Assembly: GCA_030390025.1 (NCBI GenBank)
Contig: CM059432.1
Span: 130,882,001 to 130,946,000 of the forward strand
Source: Squalus acanthias
Taxonomy: Eukaryota
DNA length: 64,000 bases
Reading direction: 5' to 3'
Part shown: positions 50,875 to 64,000 of the stretch, in pieces
How the letters are laid out: each line of letters opens with the position of its first letter
Numbering within the stretch: position 1 is the first letter of the stretch
Made by a program: the position numbers and the translations under genes
The notes under the pieces: generated by a model
Seen by the model: only the letters and a program-made list of their open reading frames with translations
What the model was told of the DNA's origin: nothing
Databases searched by the model: none

Positions 50875-52565
50875 ATTCGTTCATGAGATGTGGGTGTCGC
50901 TGGCAAGGCCAGCATTTATTGCCCATCCCTAGTTGCCCTTGAGAAGGTGGTGGTGAGCCGCCGCCTTGAACCGCTGCAGTCCTTGTGGTGAAGGTACTCC
51001 CACAGTGCTGTTAGGGAGGGAGTTCCAGGATTTTGACCGAGCGACGATGAAGGAACGGCGATATACTTCCAAGTCCGGGTGGTGTGTGACTTGGAGGGGA
51101 ACTTGGAGGTGGTGGTGTTCCCCTGCTGCCCTTGTCCTTCTAGGTGGTAGAGGTCGCGGGTTTGGGAGGTGCTGCCGAAGAAGCCTTGGCGAGTTGCTGC
51201 AGTACATCTTGTAGATGGTACACTGAGGCCACGGTACACCGGTGGTGGAGGGAGTGAATGTTTAAGGTGGTGGATGGGGTGCCAATCAAGCGGGCTGCTT
51301 TGTCGTGGATGGTGTCGAGCTTCTTGAGTGTTGGAGCTGCACTCATCCAGGCAAGTATTCCATCACACTCCTTACTTTTGCCTTGTAGATGGTGGAAAAG
51401 CTTTGGGGAGTCAGGAGGTGAGACACTCGCCGCAGAATTCCCAGCCTCTGACCTGCTCTTGTTGCCACAGTATTTATGTGGCTGGTCTAGTTAAGTTTCT
51501 GGCCAGTGGTGACCCCTAGGATATTGATGGTGGGGGATTTGGCGATGGTAATGCCGTTAAATGTCAAGGGGCGGTGGTTAGATGCTCGCTTGTTGGAGAT
51601 AGTCATTGCTTGGCACTTGCGTGGCGCGAATGTTACCTGCCACTTATAAGCCCAAGCATGAATGTCGTCCAAGTCTTGCTTCATGTGGGCATGGACTGCT
51701 TCATTATCTGAGGAGTTGCGACTGGCAATGAACACTGTGCAGTCATCAGCGAACATCCCCACTTCTGACCTTATGATGGAAGGAAGGTCATTGATGAAGC
51801 AGCTGAAGATGGTTGGGCCTAGGACACTGCCCTGAGGAACTCCTGCAGCGATGTCCTGGGGCTGTGATGAATGACCTCCGACCGCCACAACCATCTTCCT
51901 TTGTGCTAGGTATGACTCCAGCCAGTAGAGAGTCGTCGTACCCCCCCCCCCTGCTGATTCTCATTGACTTCAGTTTTACTAGGGCTCCTTGATGCCACAC
52001 TCGGTCAAATCCTCCCTTGATGTCAAGGGCAGTCACTCTCACCTCACCTCTGGAATTCAGCTCTTTTGCCCATGTTTGGACCAAGGCTGTAATGAGGTCT
52101 GGAGCCAAGTGGTCCTGGTGGAACCCAAACTGGGCATCAGTGAGCAGATTATTGTTGAGTAAGTGCTGCTTGCTAGCACTGTCGACGACACCTTCCATCA
52201 CTTTGCTGATGATTGAGAGTAGACTGATGGGACGGTAACTGGCCGGATTGGATTTGTCCTGCTTTTTGTGGACAGGACATACCTGGGCAGTTTTCCACAT
52301 TGTCGGATAGATGCCAGTGTTGTAGCTGTACTGGAACAGCTTGGCTAGAGGCACAGCTAGTTCTGGAGCACAAGTCTTCAGCACGACAGCCGGGATGTTG
52401 TTGGGGCCCACAGCCTTTACTGTATCCAGTGTGCTCAGTCGTTTCTTGATATCACATGGAGTGACTCGAATTGGCTGAAGACTGGCTTCTGTGGTGGTGG
52501 GGACCTCAGGAGGTGGCCGATATGAATCATCCACTCGGCACTTCTGGCTGAAGATGGTTGCAAAT
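50875..52565 (-). mobile_element. LINE-B (CR1-group non-LTR retrotransposon) RT region and 3' end, frameshifted
   Basis: YRPISLLSIISKVME, AQFGF, ALDIKGGFDRVWH, GVPQGSVLGP and MFADDC motifs in consecutive ORFs. Confidence 0.94.
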
Positions 52566-53649
52566 GCAGTCCCTGAGGTCGGCAGAGACTTTTTTGATAA
52601 GCAGGGAAATCGGGTGCCTTGCTTGGGGAGGAAACTTGAGGTTGCTCAATTTTTTTTTCCTTGTTTACTGTTGCTGCCCTGCCCGATTCAAGATGGGATT
52701 GCAGATGAAAATGAGCCCGGATGCCATACCAGCAGAAATGGGCCTAACTGCTGCCTTCTGTGCTGTAATTTCTATATAGATTTCTTCTTTCGTAGCCCTG
52801 GGGCACTGAGACAGATTGCAGCAGACCAGCAGCTGTTGATCGGCTAACCCAACACAGACTGTGGATTGAACCTGGGGCCTCCGTGGCCTGTATGGTTCAA
52901 ATTTCACACACAATAACAAATTTATCCAAGAAACATCAGGGGAGGCTGTTCTTTCACACTCTGATAGAGCATTCTTTTACAGCTCTTAAGGATTGCATAG
53001 TGGAGTTTAGGGGGAGGAGAGAAAAACACAAGTACTGGTTAAGTAAAATTCTCCAAATTACTTCTGATGAATACATCATATTTTGGAATTCCATTCAAAG
53101 CAGGATTTGAAAGAATTCAAAGTGCCCTTATCAATCGTTAATGTCCACTATGCTGTGACTGCATGAGATAGCAGTTAAGGCACTTGTGCTGTTTTTCTAT
53201 TCATTGCTGACGTGATGTGACCATGCTATTTTGAAACAGAATTTGACTTAAATTGACCATGTCATTGTGTTTTTAGATTTTCCTGTTCCTTGTGATAACG
53301 TGCTAAAAATGGTGCTGACGTCAATGGGGAAAAAGAAACTGAACATATTGAAAACATAACATTGTAACTTTAAAAAAAAATGTTTATAACTGAAGCAAGC
53401 CGCATAAAGTAAAGAGTAACCTTTAGAAGAAAAAATTGTGGCATCTTCCTTAGCAAGAATTTAATAAATAGCTGTAGTTTTACTAGTACTAAGTTTAATT
53501 TGTAATCTTACATTTTATGAACTTGGATTTAGTAATATAAAGGAAGGGCTTGCTCAAAAAGCATTACTGTACAAGGGCAAATTGTTAGCTGAACTTAGTG
53601 TGGTAATCAGTTCATTTATTAATTTTATCATGTATACTGCAAACAGAGT

Positions 53650-53760
53650 AACTGGGCAGTGTGGAGAGCAACTTCTTTTCACCTTTGGGACCTGGATTTA
53701 AATCCATACTAGACTGAAGAAATGAATGTCTTGTGGAAAATGAGTTGGGTAATCTCAAAT
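53650..53760 (+). mobile_element. Possible LF-SINE-like relic
   Basis: tttcacctttgggacctggatttaaatcca and gtggaaaatgagttgggtaatctca resemble the LF-SINE consensus as I recall it. Confidence 0.4.
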
Positions 53761-53779
53761 TCATAATACAGAGCCATTC

Positions 53780-54050
53780 ATAACGACAACCTGCATTTAT
53801 AAAGCACCTTAAACATGGTAAAATCCAAGAACAACAATGGTAGAGATGACCGAAAGCATGATTGAAGAAAGATTTTGAGAAGACTTATGAAGAAGGGAAG
53901 AGAAGCAGCGAGGTAGAGCTGTTGAGCGAGTAGGGCTAAGACACCGATAATGGAGCATTGGGATGCATGGGAGTGCCGGATGTCTGAAGGACTCTGGCTG
54001 CGTTGTAGGGATGGAGGTAGTTTTGGGAAGTTCACCAAAGCAAGACATTG
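53780..54050 (-). mobile_element. Degenerate L2 LINE 3' end
   Basis: acaacctgcatttataaagcaccttaa tail; homologous to 57480-57820. Confidence 0.6.
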
Positions 54051-54767
54051 AACTTTAAGTAAGAGGCATCAGGGAGTAACTGTCTTTCCAGGGTGAAAAA
54101 TTATGTTGCAAAATTGGGACATTGATGCATTTTATTTCAAATTTTAGGATAAATCTAATACAAATTTTCTTTCAGCCATCTGTCATGATAGTGGCCAATA
54201 CATGTAACTGACTAGATCTGTCAACCTATTAGATGAATCGTCTGGCCTAGATAGTTTTCATTGTCATTCATGTTTCCTGTATTCAGAAATTGTGTCAAGC
54301 TTACTTGTTGTCTGGATTAGTCTCTTCTGAGATGTTTACCATCTGTGGAAAAGTGGCATTGACATCCCTTGTACTGAGCACAAAGCTTAACCTATCAATT
54401 TCTTTATATGTATGCAACAAATTAAATATTGGATTAAATCCCATGCGTGATCTGAAAAGACATTTCAGTTCCAGGACAATCGAAGATGCTCATGGCTGAG
54501 AGAATTGTGGCAGAGACTAGAAAGTGCTAATCCTCAGGAATGGATTTTGAGATCTTCTGCTCTGTATGGCTCAGCTAATCACTAGATAAACTTGGAGCAA
54601 AAGGGGAGCTCCAGTGTCTGTATTGAGCACTTCTGCTTATTGTAGCACTGGGTTGCATAATTATTACGAAGCAACCTCAAGAATATTCAGTACCCCTAGC
54701 CCTTCAAATTGCATTAAATGCAAAATCTAACCCACTGGCCTTCGTCTTTCACCTAGGTTTTATTTCA

Positions 54768-54915
54768 TTGCTGTTTGTGGGACCTTGCTGTGCGAAAATT
54801 GGCTTCTGTATTTCCTACATTACAGCAGTGACTACATTTCAAGAGTACATCATTGGCTGTAAAGTGCTTTGGGGCATGCTGAGGTCGTGAAAGGCACTAT
54901 ATAAATGCAAGTCTT
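54768..54915 (+). mobile_element. DeuSINE 3' fragment
   Basis: Matches 12460-12605. Confidence 0.8.
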
Positions 54916-54937
54916 TATTTTCAGAAGAACCATAAAT

Positions 54938-55680
54938 CAGGCAACTGCCTGAGGCTGAACCAGACTGTTCACAACCTTGGTGTCATATTTGACCCTGAAA
55001 TGAGCTTCTGACCATATATCCGCGCCATCAGTAAAACCGCCTATTTCCACCTCCGGCACATCGCCCGACTCCGCCCCTGCCTCAGCTCATCTGCTGCTGG
55101 AACCCTCATCCATGTCTTTGTTACCTCTAGACTTGACGATTCCAATGCACTCCTGGCTGGCCTTGCCCATTCTACCCTACGTAAACTTAAGGTCATCCAA
55201 AACTCTTCTGCCTGTGTCCTAACTCGTACAAATCCCATTACCCCTGTGCTCATTGACCTACGTTGGCTCCCGGTTAAGCAACACCTCAATTTCTCATCCT
55301 TGTTTTCAAATCCCTCCATGGCCTCGCCCCAACCTATCTCTGTAATCTCCTCCAGCCCCACAACTCTCTGAGATATCTGCACTCCTCTAATTCTGGCCTC
55401 TTGAACATCCCCGATTTTAATTGCTCAACTTTTGGTGGGCGTGCCCTCAGCTGCTAAGGCCTTAAGCTCTGGAATTCCCTCCCTAAACCTCTTTGTGTCT
55501 CTACCTCTCTTTCCTCCTTTAAGATGCTCCTTAAAACCTACCTCTTTGACCAAGCTTTTGTTCATCTGCCCTAATATCTCCTTATGTGCCTCGGTGTCAA
55601 ATTTTGTTTGATAACGCTCCTGTGAAGCACTTTGGGATGTTTTACTACATTAAAGGCACTATATAAATACAAGTTGCCGA
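54938..55680 (+). mobile_element. L2 LINE ORF2 C-terminus and 3' end
   Basis: NLGVIFD...AYFHLRHIARLRP...LIHVFVTSRLD...KVIQNSSA motifs; tail ggcactatataaatacaagttg. Confidence 0.9.
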
Positions 55681-55747
55681 TGTTGTTGCTGTTTCATCAA
55701 TTTTTAACAAAGATCTTAAAAGCAGAAGCTTTCTGGTTCATCTGAAA

Positions 55748-56192
55748 AGAAAGAAAGACTTGCATTTCTGTAGCGCTTTTTTTGACCTCAGGACATCCCA
55801 AAGCGCTTTACAGGCAATGAAGTACTCTTGAAATGTAGTCACTGCTGTAATGTAGGGAACACGGAAGCCAATTTTCACACAGCAAGGTCCCAAAAACTAC
55901 GATGAAATGAATGATCAGATTATCTGTTTTAGGTGTTGTTTGAGAGAATACATTTTGGCTAAAACACTGGGAGAACGCCCCTGCTCTTCGAAATAGTGCA
56001 GTGGGATCTTTTACAACCACCTGTGAGGGCAGGTGGAGCCTCGGTTTAACGTCTCATCCGATAGACGGCACCTCCGATAGTGCAGCACTGGCTCAGTACT
56101 GCACAGAAGTGCCAGCCTAGAATAAGTGCTCATGTCTCGCGTGGGCTTGAACCCACAACCTTCTGACTGAGACGAGAGTGGTACCACTGAGC
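55748..56192 (-). mobile_element. DeuSINE, near full length
   Basis: Reverse complement of the 12161-12605 family. Confidence 0.85.
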
Positions 56193-57169
56193 TCAAGACA
56201 ATTACAATTGAGCGCAGAGACTAATTGCACTCTCTGCCCGTGGGTTAGATTTTGCATTTAGTGCTGAATTATGAATATCTGGAAACTCTTGCCCTGTGCT
56301 AATTGTATTAAGACTGTCTAAACTGTCATAGAGGAGAATTTATCAGTAGTCTGAGCTGGGTTTAAACCCTTTCCCCAGATGTTAAGGAGCTGTCTGCTAA
56401 CACATTGTGCTATGCAGTCTCCTACTAAGATGAGGACTTCCAGATTTGAACAGAACTTTTCAAAGTAACTGCTTTCAAGCAGATAGGTGAGCATAGTGGA
56501 AACATTCAGTTTTTTTCTTGATGTAATTTGCTAAATATGTTTAAAATCGACACTTGCCGCCAGCACAAGAAAGGGTGTGCAACTGTACTTCCATAAAACC
56601 CATTCTGCACTAAAACACATTTGTGCTATTGCCAGGTCGTTGAGATTTACCTTAGATTTACAGTAATATTTCCATGTTTGTGTGCTAGTGTGACACTTGT
56701 CTGAAACTAATTTCTCTCAACCTTCTTCATCAACCTAGCCAGTGTTAAGACTGTGAACTAAACCTACCTTAAGTGTTCATGGCCTGCATAACCTATTGCC
56801 TAAAAGCAATTCAAAATTTATTCAACATTTTAAAAGAAAACTTCATTTTTGGAATAATATTGCTTCTCTGTTTTGCATATCATATTTGATATTTTGTCAT
56901 GATTTCCAAAACCACCTAACATTTTCTGTAAAATATAAACAATGTTCATGGAAAATGTTTGCTCCACTGTGGATGGTTTCTGAAAAGTTAATTGTACAGA
57001 ATTTGCCTTAAGAACTGAATTTAACTATATAATATTTATTAACTTTCTGGCTATAACACAGACTATTATTGTGGGAGGTATTGAGGTGACCTTCAATTTC
57101 AAATGTTTCTTCAATTAGTTCTGAAACTCTCAAGCCAGTTGTTTGTAACTATAGTTAGGAGCTGTGCAA

Positions 57170-57285
57170 TACTCTGGCGCTGCCAGTTACCGCCGCCGCA
57201 AAATCCCGCTGAATTTCGCGGGAGGTGTTGGCGGCGCCATGCCCGGGCGCTAACGGGAGGTGCAAAGCAACCAGATTTTTCCCCC
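57170..57285 (-). mobile_element. Solitary terminus of a Harbinger related to 29552-30444
   Basis: ggcgctaacgggaggtgcaaagcaaccagatttttcccc resembles the reverse complement of 29552-29590. Confidence 0.6.
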
Positions 57286-57479
57286 GAAGTTCCTTGTAAC
57301 TGTTAGGTTGAATACTTTTAAATTGGCTGAGCTCATGTGTGAATTGCCACGTGATTCCATGATTCCCTTACAAGATCACAAAGCCCCTTTAATCCTATCA
57401 GCAGCAAGTGCTCCCTCGGTGGTTGAATTCATCCAGGAAGGACTACGTTTAAAGATCCCTCCCTCAACCTGCGCCACCA

Positions 57480-57820
57480 AACAACAACAATAACTTTCAT
57501 TTATATAGGGGCCTTTAACGTAGTAAAACATCCCAAGGCGGTTCACAGGAGCGTTATCAAATGAAATAAAACCGAGCCACATGAGATATTAGGACAGGTG
57601 ACAAAAAGCTTGGTCAAAGAGGCAGGTTTTAAGGAGCATCTTAAAGGAGGAGAGAGGCGGAGAGGTTTAGGTAGGGAATTCCAGAGCTTAGGGCATAAAC
57701 AGCTGAAGGCACGGCCGCCAATGGTGGAGCGATGAAAATCGGGATGTGCAAGAGGCCAGACTTGGGAGGAGCGCAGAGATCTCGGAGGGATGTATGACTG
57801 CAGTAGATGTTACAGAGAGG
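57480..57820 (-). mobile_element. L2 LINE 3' end
   Basis: Reverse complement of 55340-55680. Confidence 0.85.
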
Positions 57821-60800
57821 GCATATTAGCTGGTCATTTATCGCGCTTGTTTGTTGGACACGCTGTGCGTAAATTGGCTGCTGCAGTAACCTTCTGTTTG
57901 GTATGTTTCCTATTTCATCAGTTGTAATTTCAGTTTCAGAAGTCTAAAATTCATCTACTCAGCACAAGAGTGCTGCATAATTTAATTTGGAAAATGTGAC
58001 CACCAATGTCTAACATCTGAAGTATGATTAACAAGATGAGTGCTAGATGCAAGATTTTATTTAGCCATTTTTACAATTATGGTGCACCTTGTGTTCGATG
58101 CATGCTTTTCATTTTCTGAAGGAAAACAATTGTCGGGTAACTAACAAACCAGAACTTTGTGATGGTGTGTAAGTATAACAGGAAATAGATTCTGAAATAG
58201 TTTAAACTGATTGATTTCAAGGAACAATTAAAAAAAAACTATTATGGGGGGGAAAAAGGGCAAAATTTACATGACTCTTAATGAAATGGGATAGTTTAGG
58301 TGTATGTGTGTGTTTATTGAACAAGGAGGGGGCAGAAAAACAAATGGAAGGTCAACGATTATCTGAAAAAAATACTGCTAATTGACAAACAATGGTATAA
58401 AATCTCAACCAAGACAAATGTAAATAATTCAGATGACTGCCACAATGTTGCATCTTTTAAGATTGTTCTTGACCTGTTAATTACATGCCCCGTCTTTCTT
58501 CCATGTTTGTCTTTAAATTTTACGTTATATTAAGTTTAGTGCTTTGAGATTTAAAAAATAATCTATCTTGTTAGCTGTGCAATAAGTGATATCCATGTTT
58601 TCCCATGAATCTTTAAATGTCTCATGGAAAAAGATGTGAAAGTAAATTGGAGAGTGCAAACGATGGCTTCTGTTAACTAACTTGGTCATTCACGTGCCTG
58701 TTGGAGTTCGGGAAACTGAACTGACTATGTTTTCCCAAGAATTGGAAGCTGCAGAATGGACTCGATTGCTGGAACTTTGAAGTAATTGAAAGACTTGCTT
58801 GGCTTAATGAAATGAACATATTGCATTAACAGGCTGCTGGGGAGTGATGCCTATATTTCTGCACATGTGAAATAATGAGATTACAAAAACTACAGGCTGA
58901 TGAAGTGCAGTTTCTGAAATGTAATTGTTCATAACAAGAGCATGCAGCGCACTTTTTTTCATCAGTTCAAATTTTTACTGCAAATTATAGCATGTTACAG
59001 TTCGTAAAATGCAGTGTTTTTGAATGGATAAAACCAGTTCAGATAAGTTTCCGGTATTCAGAATGTAAGGGTTCCGTGTAATTTTCTTACTTTGTAGTGA
59101 GGGGAATTTTGCATTTTTGTCACCGACTAAACCAATTACACAACCACAGGCTAATTTATAGCTCCATTTTACTGATCATACTGGCTAAGTACTGGCTCAG
59201 ATTCTGCATTATTCAAGCTAAAAGATCACCAAGAGTCGCTACTCACTGGATTGTGGGAGCACAGAACTCTGTGCATGTGCACATTGCGGTGGCAAGATAT
59301 CACCTACTTAACTACTATATGCATCAATTACACTTGGTGCCCACAACATACAGTTCAAATTGTCGGGCCATTTCAGTACTTTGGCGTTTCAGCAGCATCA
59401 CAATGGAGCACCAACCTGTGGCATTACTACAATGGGGAAATGCAATCTCAGTTGCCTGCTGTGGCCATGGACCCATCCCTGCTCTTTTCTTACCAGCCCC
59501 ACTCCTCTGTAGGGGAGACAAGTGAGTAGTTGTCACTGGACTGATGTTTTGTGCCTCCTTTCTAGCAGCCAGATTGCGAGCAGTGTTGGCAGAAGTTTTG
59601 GAGTAGGTTGTCTTCAGGAAGGTGTGTTTAAAGTTGATGTCATGGCTGAAAAGAGGTGAAATCTCATGGGCAGCTTATACTATCAAGCTATACATGCCAT
59701 GTCTAGTAGTTTATGTCTTTCAACAACAAATTGAAGATACTGGCTTGTTTCCCTCCAGACAGTGTTTTGTTGTAAGGCTCTTGGAAATAATCTCATTTTG
59801 AAAGGCTCTAACTGCACTCTGGGAACTGTTGAATGAAAATAACAGTGCGAGACTGCTCCAAATGTGTGATGCAACTGTCGTGTCTATTGTATATTAACTT
59901 TACCTGTATTGAGCTATAAGGTCCAGGTTTCTCTCTAATTCTGGTTGAAAAGGTGGACACCTTCTCGCACCCAGGCCGGATTAAAACTTGATTAACTTCA
60001 AATTCAGTAATCCCTGTCCTGTTGCAGAACTGCATTGACAGGAGTTGCTGGATAGTGATCAGGAGGAGCAAGGACCCTGGCCAGTTTTGTTTCTCCTTCC
60101 CGGGGAAGCTGAGACCAGATTGGGTTAAATCATTCTATTGTTGCACCGATATTGTTGCTTCACATTAATAACTGTTGTGCTGGTCTAATAAAGAGCAACA
60201 TTTCATGATGTGCAATGCATTGTGCTCATTGGCTCGCATTTCAGTAGTATTAGCATACTAGAAGGAGAAACTGGAGTTAGTAAATTCAGATGAGACTGAT
60301 GGGAACAGTATTCCGAAGCTAAGTATCTGTTTGTGCTGCGTGCATTTGATGACCTTGTCTTCTGTCGTTTAAAAAAAAATGTTTCTCTGTGTGGCGTGAA
60401 ACTGGTGCGTAGTTGAACAGTGGTATTTACATGCAGAGAGAAGACAGGTGCTGCACCCCAGGAACCAGCATTTCTGAAGAGCAAATCATTAACCATCTGT
60501 CCTTAACTAGAGCTGTAAACCAAGCAATAAAAGTACTACACATTATTGATGGAGTACAGCATCTTTTTTGGACTGTATTATCCGTACAGCATGTTTCTTT
60601 TGTGCGTCCAGACTGCAGCATGTCAACATAGGGAGCATAAAGCAATTTGATGATGTTTAGCTCCCTAGAGAGCCGCATTCAGACACTCACAACCTCTGGC
60701 CATCAGTCTCCCTGATTTATTTTTTAATTCTACTATCGCGCTTGTTGGAGATGGCTTCTCAGTGTGACTGGCATGTGAGAACTGGGAAATGTCATGACAT

Positions 60801-61769
60801 ACTTTTCCAGGGAACTTTTTATATTTGAGTACAGTCAAACGTAGGGATACTGTGGACCTGCCATTGACTGCATCCTCTCAATGTAAAACTGTATTTAGTG
60901 TTACTGTGGCTCACGGAGGACAGTTGGGAATTGGAGAGAGCACATTATAGGTAATTCCACAAACTAATCATTTTATTCTTTCCCTTGGGTAGACTGAGAA
61001 AGGAAGGCAGGGCTTTCTTTGGAAAGGCCTTTTAAAAAAAAAAAGTGTGTTTAATGCAATCTTTCAAATTAAAATGAGCTGCAGCAAAAACAACTTTGCA
61101 GGGTTTTTTGTCCAAATTGTGTAGGTCAGCAGTTGAGGGAAGGGTAAGTTTAACACAGAACTTAGCATTTTTGCTTGTCATAAAGGTCCCCTGAAGATTA
61201 CAGAAAATATCAGTGATACCAGCCATTTGTTTACTTTCTGAATATATGGGCACTATCTGCAATAATCTAATAAGCAATTAACTGGAAAAAAACATTATAA
61301 TACATATGATTTATGGAATCACTTTTAACTGAGTTCTAGGTTTTAAAAAAGTGGGGGGGGGGGGTTAGGAAAATGTATGGTTTTGCAATAACTGGATGGT
61401 GCTCTAAATTGATGTTGCATAATGTTGTACACTGAGTAAGAGTGTTTAAAAGTGATCTAACCTGAATATTGAAATTTACAGGCCAGGTAGTTAATTTTTT
61501 GCAGAAGCCACATTTTTTTTTCCCCTTCGGTAAGACTAATATTAGTTATAACCCTGCCCATTTATGACATTTTTTAAACAATAAAAAATTGTCCTAAAAT
61601 CTATACCTGAGGAGATCCTGCATCTTCCATAAAATTTAATTGAAGGACCCAACTGGGAATTCCAGATAGTCTTCTTGATGTGGTTGATTACAAGGGTGGT
61701 CCCTTCTGTCTTGTATGCATTCACCTTGTCCAGAACAGTTGAAGCAGAGTGCACTGGAAGCGGGGGTGG

Positions 61770-62185
61770 GGAGATGTGGGCGGGCGGTAAATTCAAAACT
61801 AATCTGTGGAAATTATTTTTCAGTGAGCGAACAGTCAATCTATGGACAGGCTCCCTAGGGAGACGGTGAAAGCGATTAGTATTGATTCATTCAAATGCAA
61901 ATTAGATTTTATTTTCACAAAATAACATTTTGGGATACAGTATATGAGTAATTTGAGACATGACTTGTAAGGGTAGCATGCTTGGGAGGAGAAAGGTGAC
62001 TTTGGACCTATAGTTCCAAAACTATCCACTGCTGGGGTTTTCCTCGTGTCATTTCTAGGTCTGTTTTAGACTAATTAATAGAGATTGATTACTAGAATTA
62101 GTCAACAACTCCATTTTCCCTATATCATGCGACTACCATGATGGCAGAAGGCGAACTAGATAGACCGTGATCATTTTTGTCTTAA
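61770..62185 (+). mobile_element. CR1 3' fragment
   Basis: FKTNLWKLFFSERTVNLW motif followed by a long 3' UTR. Confidence 0.65.
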
Positions 62186-62259
62186 CAATACCTGTGGCCG
62201 TAGAGGCTGATGAAGCATTTTTAGTGGTTGGTGAAAAACAGGCTTATTTCCTTCAGATG

Positions 62260-62500
62260 TAATGACTTATCATCCTACTCTAATTCGTTCTTTTCCGGGG
62301 CCTCTTAAACTATGGAATTCCTTTATCTGCATCAATCACCTCTACCTTCTATAATCGTCAAACTTTTAAAACCCAAGTATGGCATCATCTAATTATTGCT
62401 TCTGGATTTGCTTACTCTTCCCTCCTACTGTTTTCAACCTTCATTGTGTCCTGAACTAGGGTATAGGCCCTGTTAACTCGGTGTCCCAATTTAAAAAGAA
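62260..62500 (+). mobile_element. Degenerate 3' end of another non-LTR retrotransposon
   Basis: NSFF...KLWNS...SYNRQTFKTQVWHHL-like remnants followed by an A-rich end. Confidence 0.4.
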
Positions 62501-63509
62501 ATGAGATAGGAGATAAATGAAAGGATTATTAAGAGGCTAGAACATGGGGCTAATTGATGAGTCTTCCTTTTTCATTCTAGCTGAAGCCATTAGAATAATA
62601 GTTTAGTAAATAGATACCGTATCACCTTGGTAACCTGTCATGGCATCTTATTAGTACCTGGTGAGGCATGAAGTGTATGACATTATATTTGACCTTTGAA
62701 GTTACTGGTGCTGTTAACCGAACTACCCAAAAGAAAATGGCTATTGAACTACTTACTAAACCATACCAGCCAGATGCTAGCTTTGTTACATCGTTAACCT
62801 AACTAATCCTTACCGTGAAATACTTGATTGCCTATTGCAAATTTAAACTTCCTGTTTGGAATATTCACAGTTGTTGCTTGCATAAATTGAGAATCAGCAT
62901 TCCTTGTAGAAGTAATTCAAGGAAAGGAAATTTATTTCCTGTTCAGATTGAGATGTAATAGGGGAACTGCATAATTTGCAGTATGCTAATGACTACTTTG
63001 AAGTCTTAAACCCTTAAAGGCATTTTATTAACTGTAGGAATAATGAAGGAGCTGTTTCCCCTCTTCTCTCTGTTGGGAGAGCCTTCTTGAGCGTAGTTTA
63101 AAAGTATTGGAATGCATATATGCGATATTTTTCTCACTGCATTTTAATGAATCCACATGTGCTTTCACAAATGACGTGTTTATGGATTTAAGACTAACTT
63201 GGAGGAAAATAATGTTTTAAATGCTGCTGGTGGATTGAGTGAATACTTTTAAGGAACTGCTTGAAAGTGTAGTTTTAGTGAAGTGTTTGTGTGTCTGTTT
63301 ATAACTCAATACCTGGAGCTGATTTCTCAATTATGGTGGTATGTCGGTTAAACATTTGATAGGTTGTAACAGTTCATAAGACTGTAAAGGCACAATTTAT
63401 TACATTACTGCAACATCAACAAAGTGCAGGAAACAACCAGCAGGTCAGTCAGCATTTGTGCAGAGATTAGAAATTTACATTTCAATATCAGAAGAAGGTT
63501 CTGCACCAA

Positions 63510-64000
63510 AACTCGGCTGCCCGTGTCCTAACTCGCACCGAGTCCCGTTCGCCCATCACCCCTGTGCTCGCTGACCTACATTGGCTCCCGGATAAGCAGC
63601 GCCTCGATTTCAAAATTCTCATCCTTGTTTTCAAATCCCTTCATGGCCTTGCCCCTCCCTATCTCTGTAATCTCCTTCAGCCCCACAACCCCCCGAGATA
63701 CGTGCGCTCCTCTAATTCTGCCCTCTTGAGCATCCCTAATTTGTAATCGCTCAACCTTTGGTGGCCGTGCCTTCTGTTGCCTAGGCCCTAAGCTCTGGAA
63801 TTCCCTGCCTAAACCTGTCCGCCTCTCTCCCTCTCTTTCCTCCTTTTAAGACGCTCCTTAAAACCTACCTCTTTGACCAAGCTTTTGGTCACCTGCCCTA
63901 ATTTATCCATATGTGGATCGGTGTCACATTTTTTGTCTTAAAAATACTCCTGTGCAGTGCCTTGGGGCGTTTTACTACGTTAAAGGTGCTATATAAATAC
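63510..64000 (+). mobile_element. L2 LINE 3' end
   Basis: LADLHWLPDKQRLDFKILILVFKSLHGLAPPYL; aligns with 55200-55670. Confidence 0.92.

Noticed and set aside
20870-64000. MTSS1 exon 4 (GTREIGSALTRMCMRH...) or a nested gene
   Set aside because: No matching sequence seen; the long ORFs here are transposon-derived and the short ones look random

Overview
Vertebrate genomic DNA, almost certainly from a cartilaginous fish (shark). This is inferred from HE1-type V-SINE, SacSINE1-type DeuSINE, CR1 and Penelope repeats. The only host gene is the 5' part of MTSS1 (MIM; IMD/I-BAR domain) on the + strand. It has a CpG-island promoter (~6.3-6.9 kb) and coding exons 1-3 (7163-7234, 16403-16464, 20796-20869). 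A long intron 3 follows and runs off the window; I did not find exon 4. The rest is intergenic or intronic and rich in transposons: CR1, L2, a second CR1-group LINE ('LINE-B' here), three SINE families whose 3' tails match LINEs in the same window, a hAT/Charlie element with an 8-bp TSD, nested PIF/Harbinger-type MITEs, and Penelope-like fragments carrying minimal hammerhead ribozyme motifs. I see no prokaryote-type system such as CRISPR or an operon. The most notable structures are the Penelope hammerhead fragments, which repeatedly begin at the ribozyme (one is a fold-back insertion with a 14-bp TSD), two nested transposon stacks, and a perfect 52-bp palindrome in intron 1. Repeat family names come from recall, not a database search, and the boundaries of old repeats are approximate.
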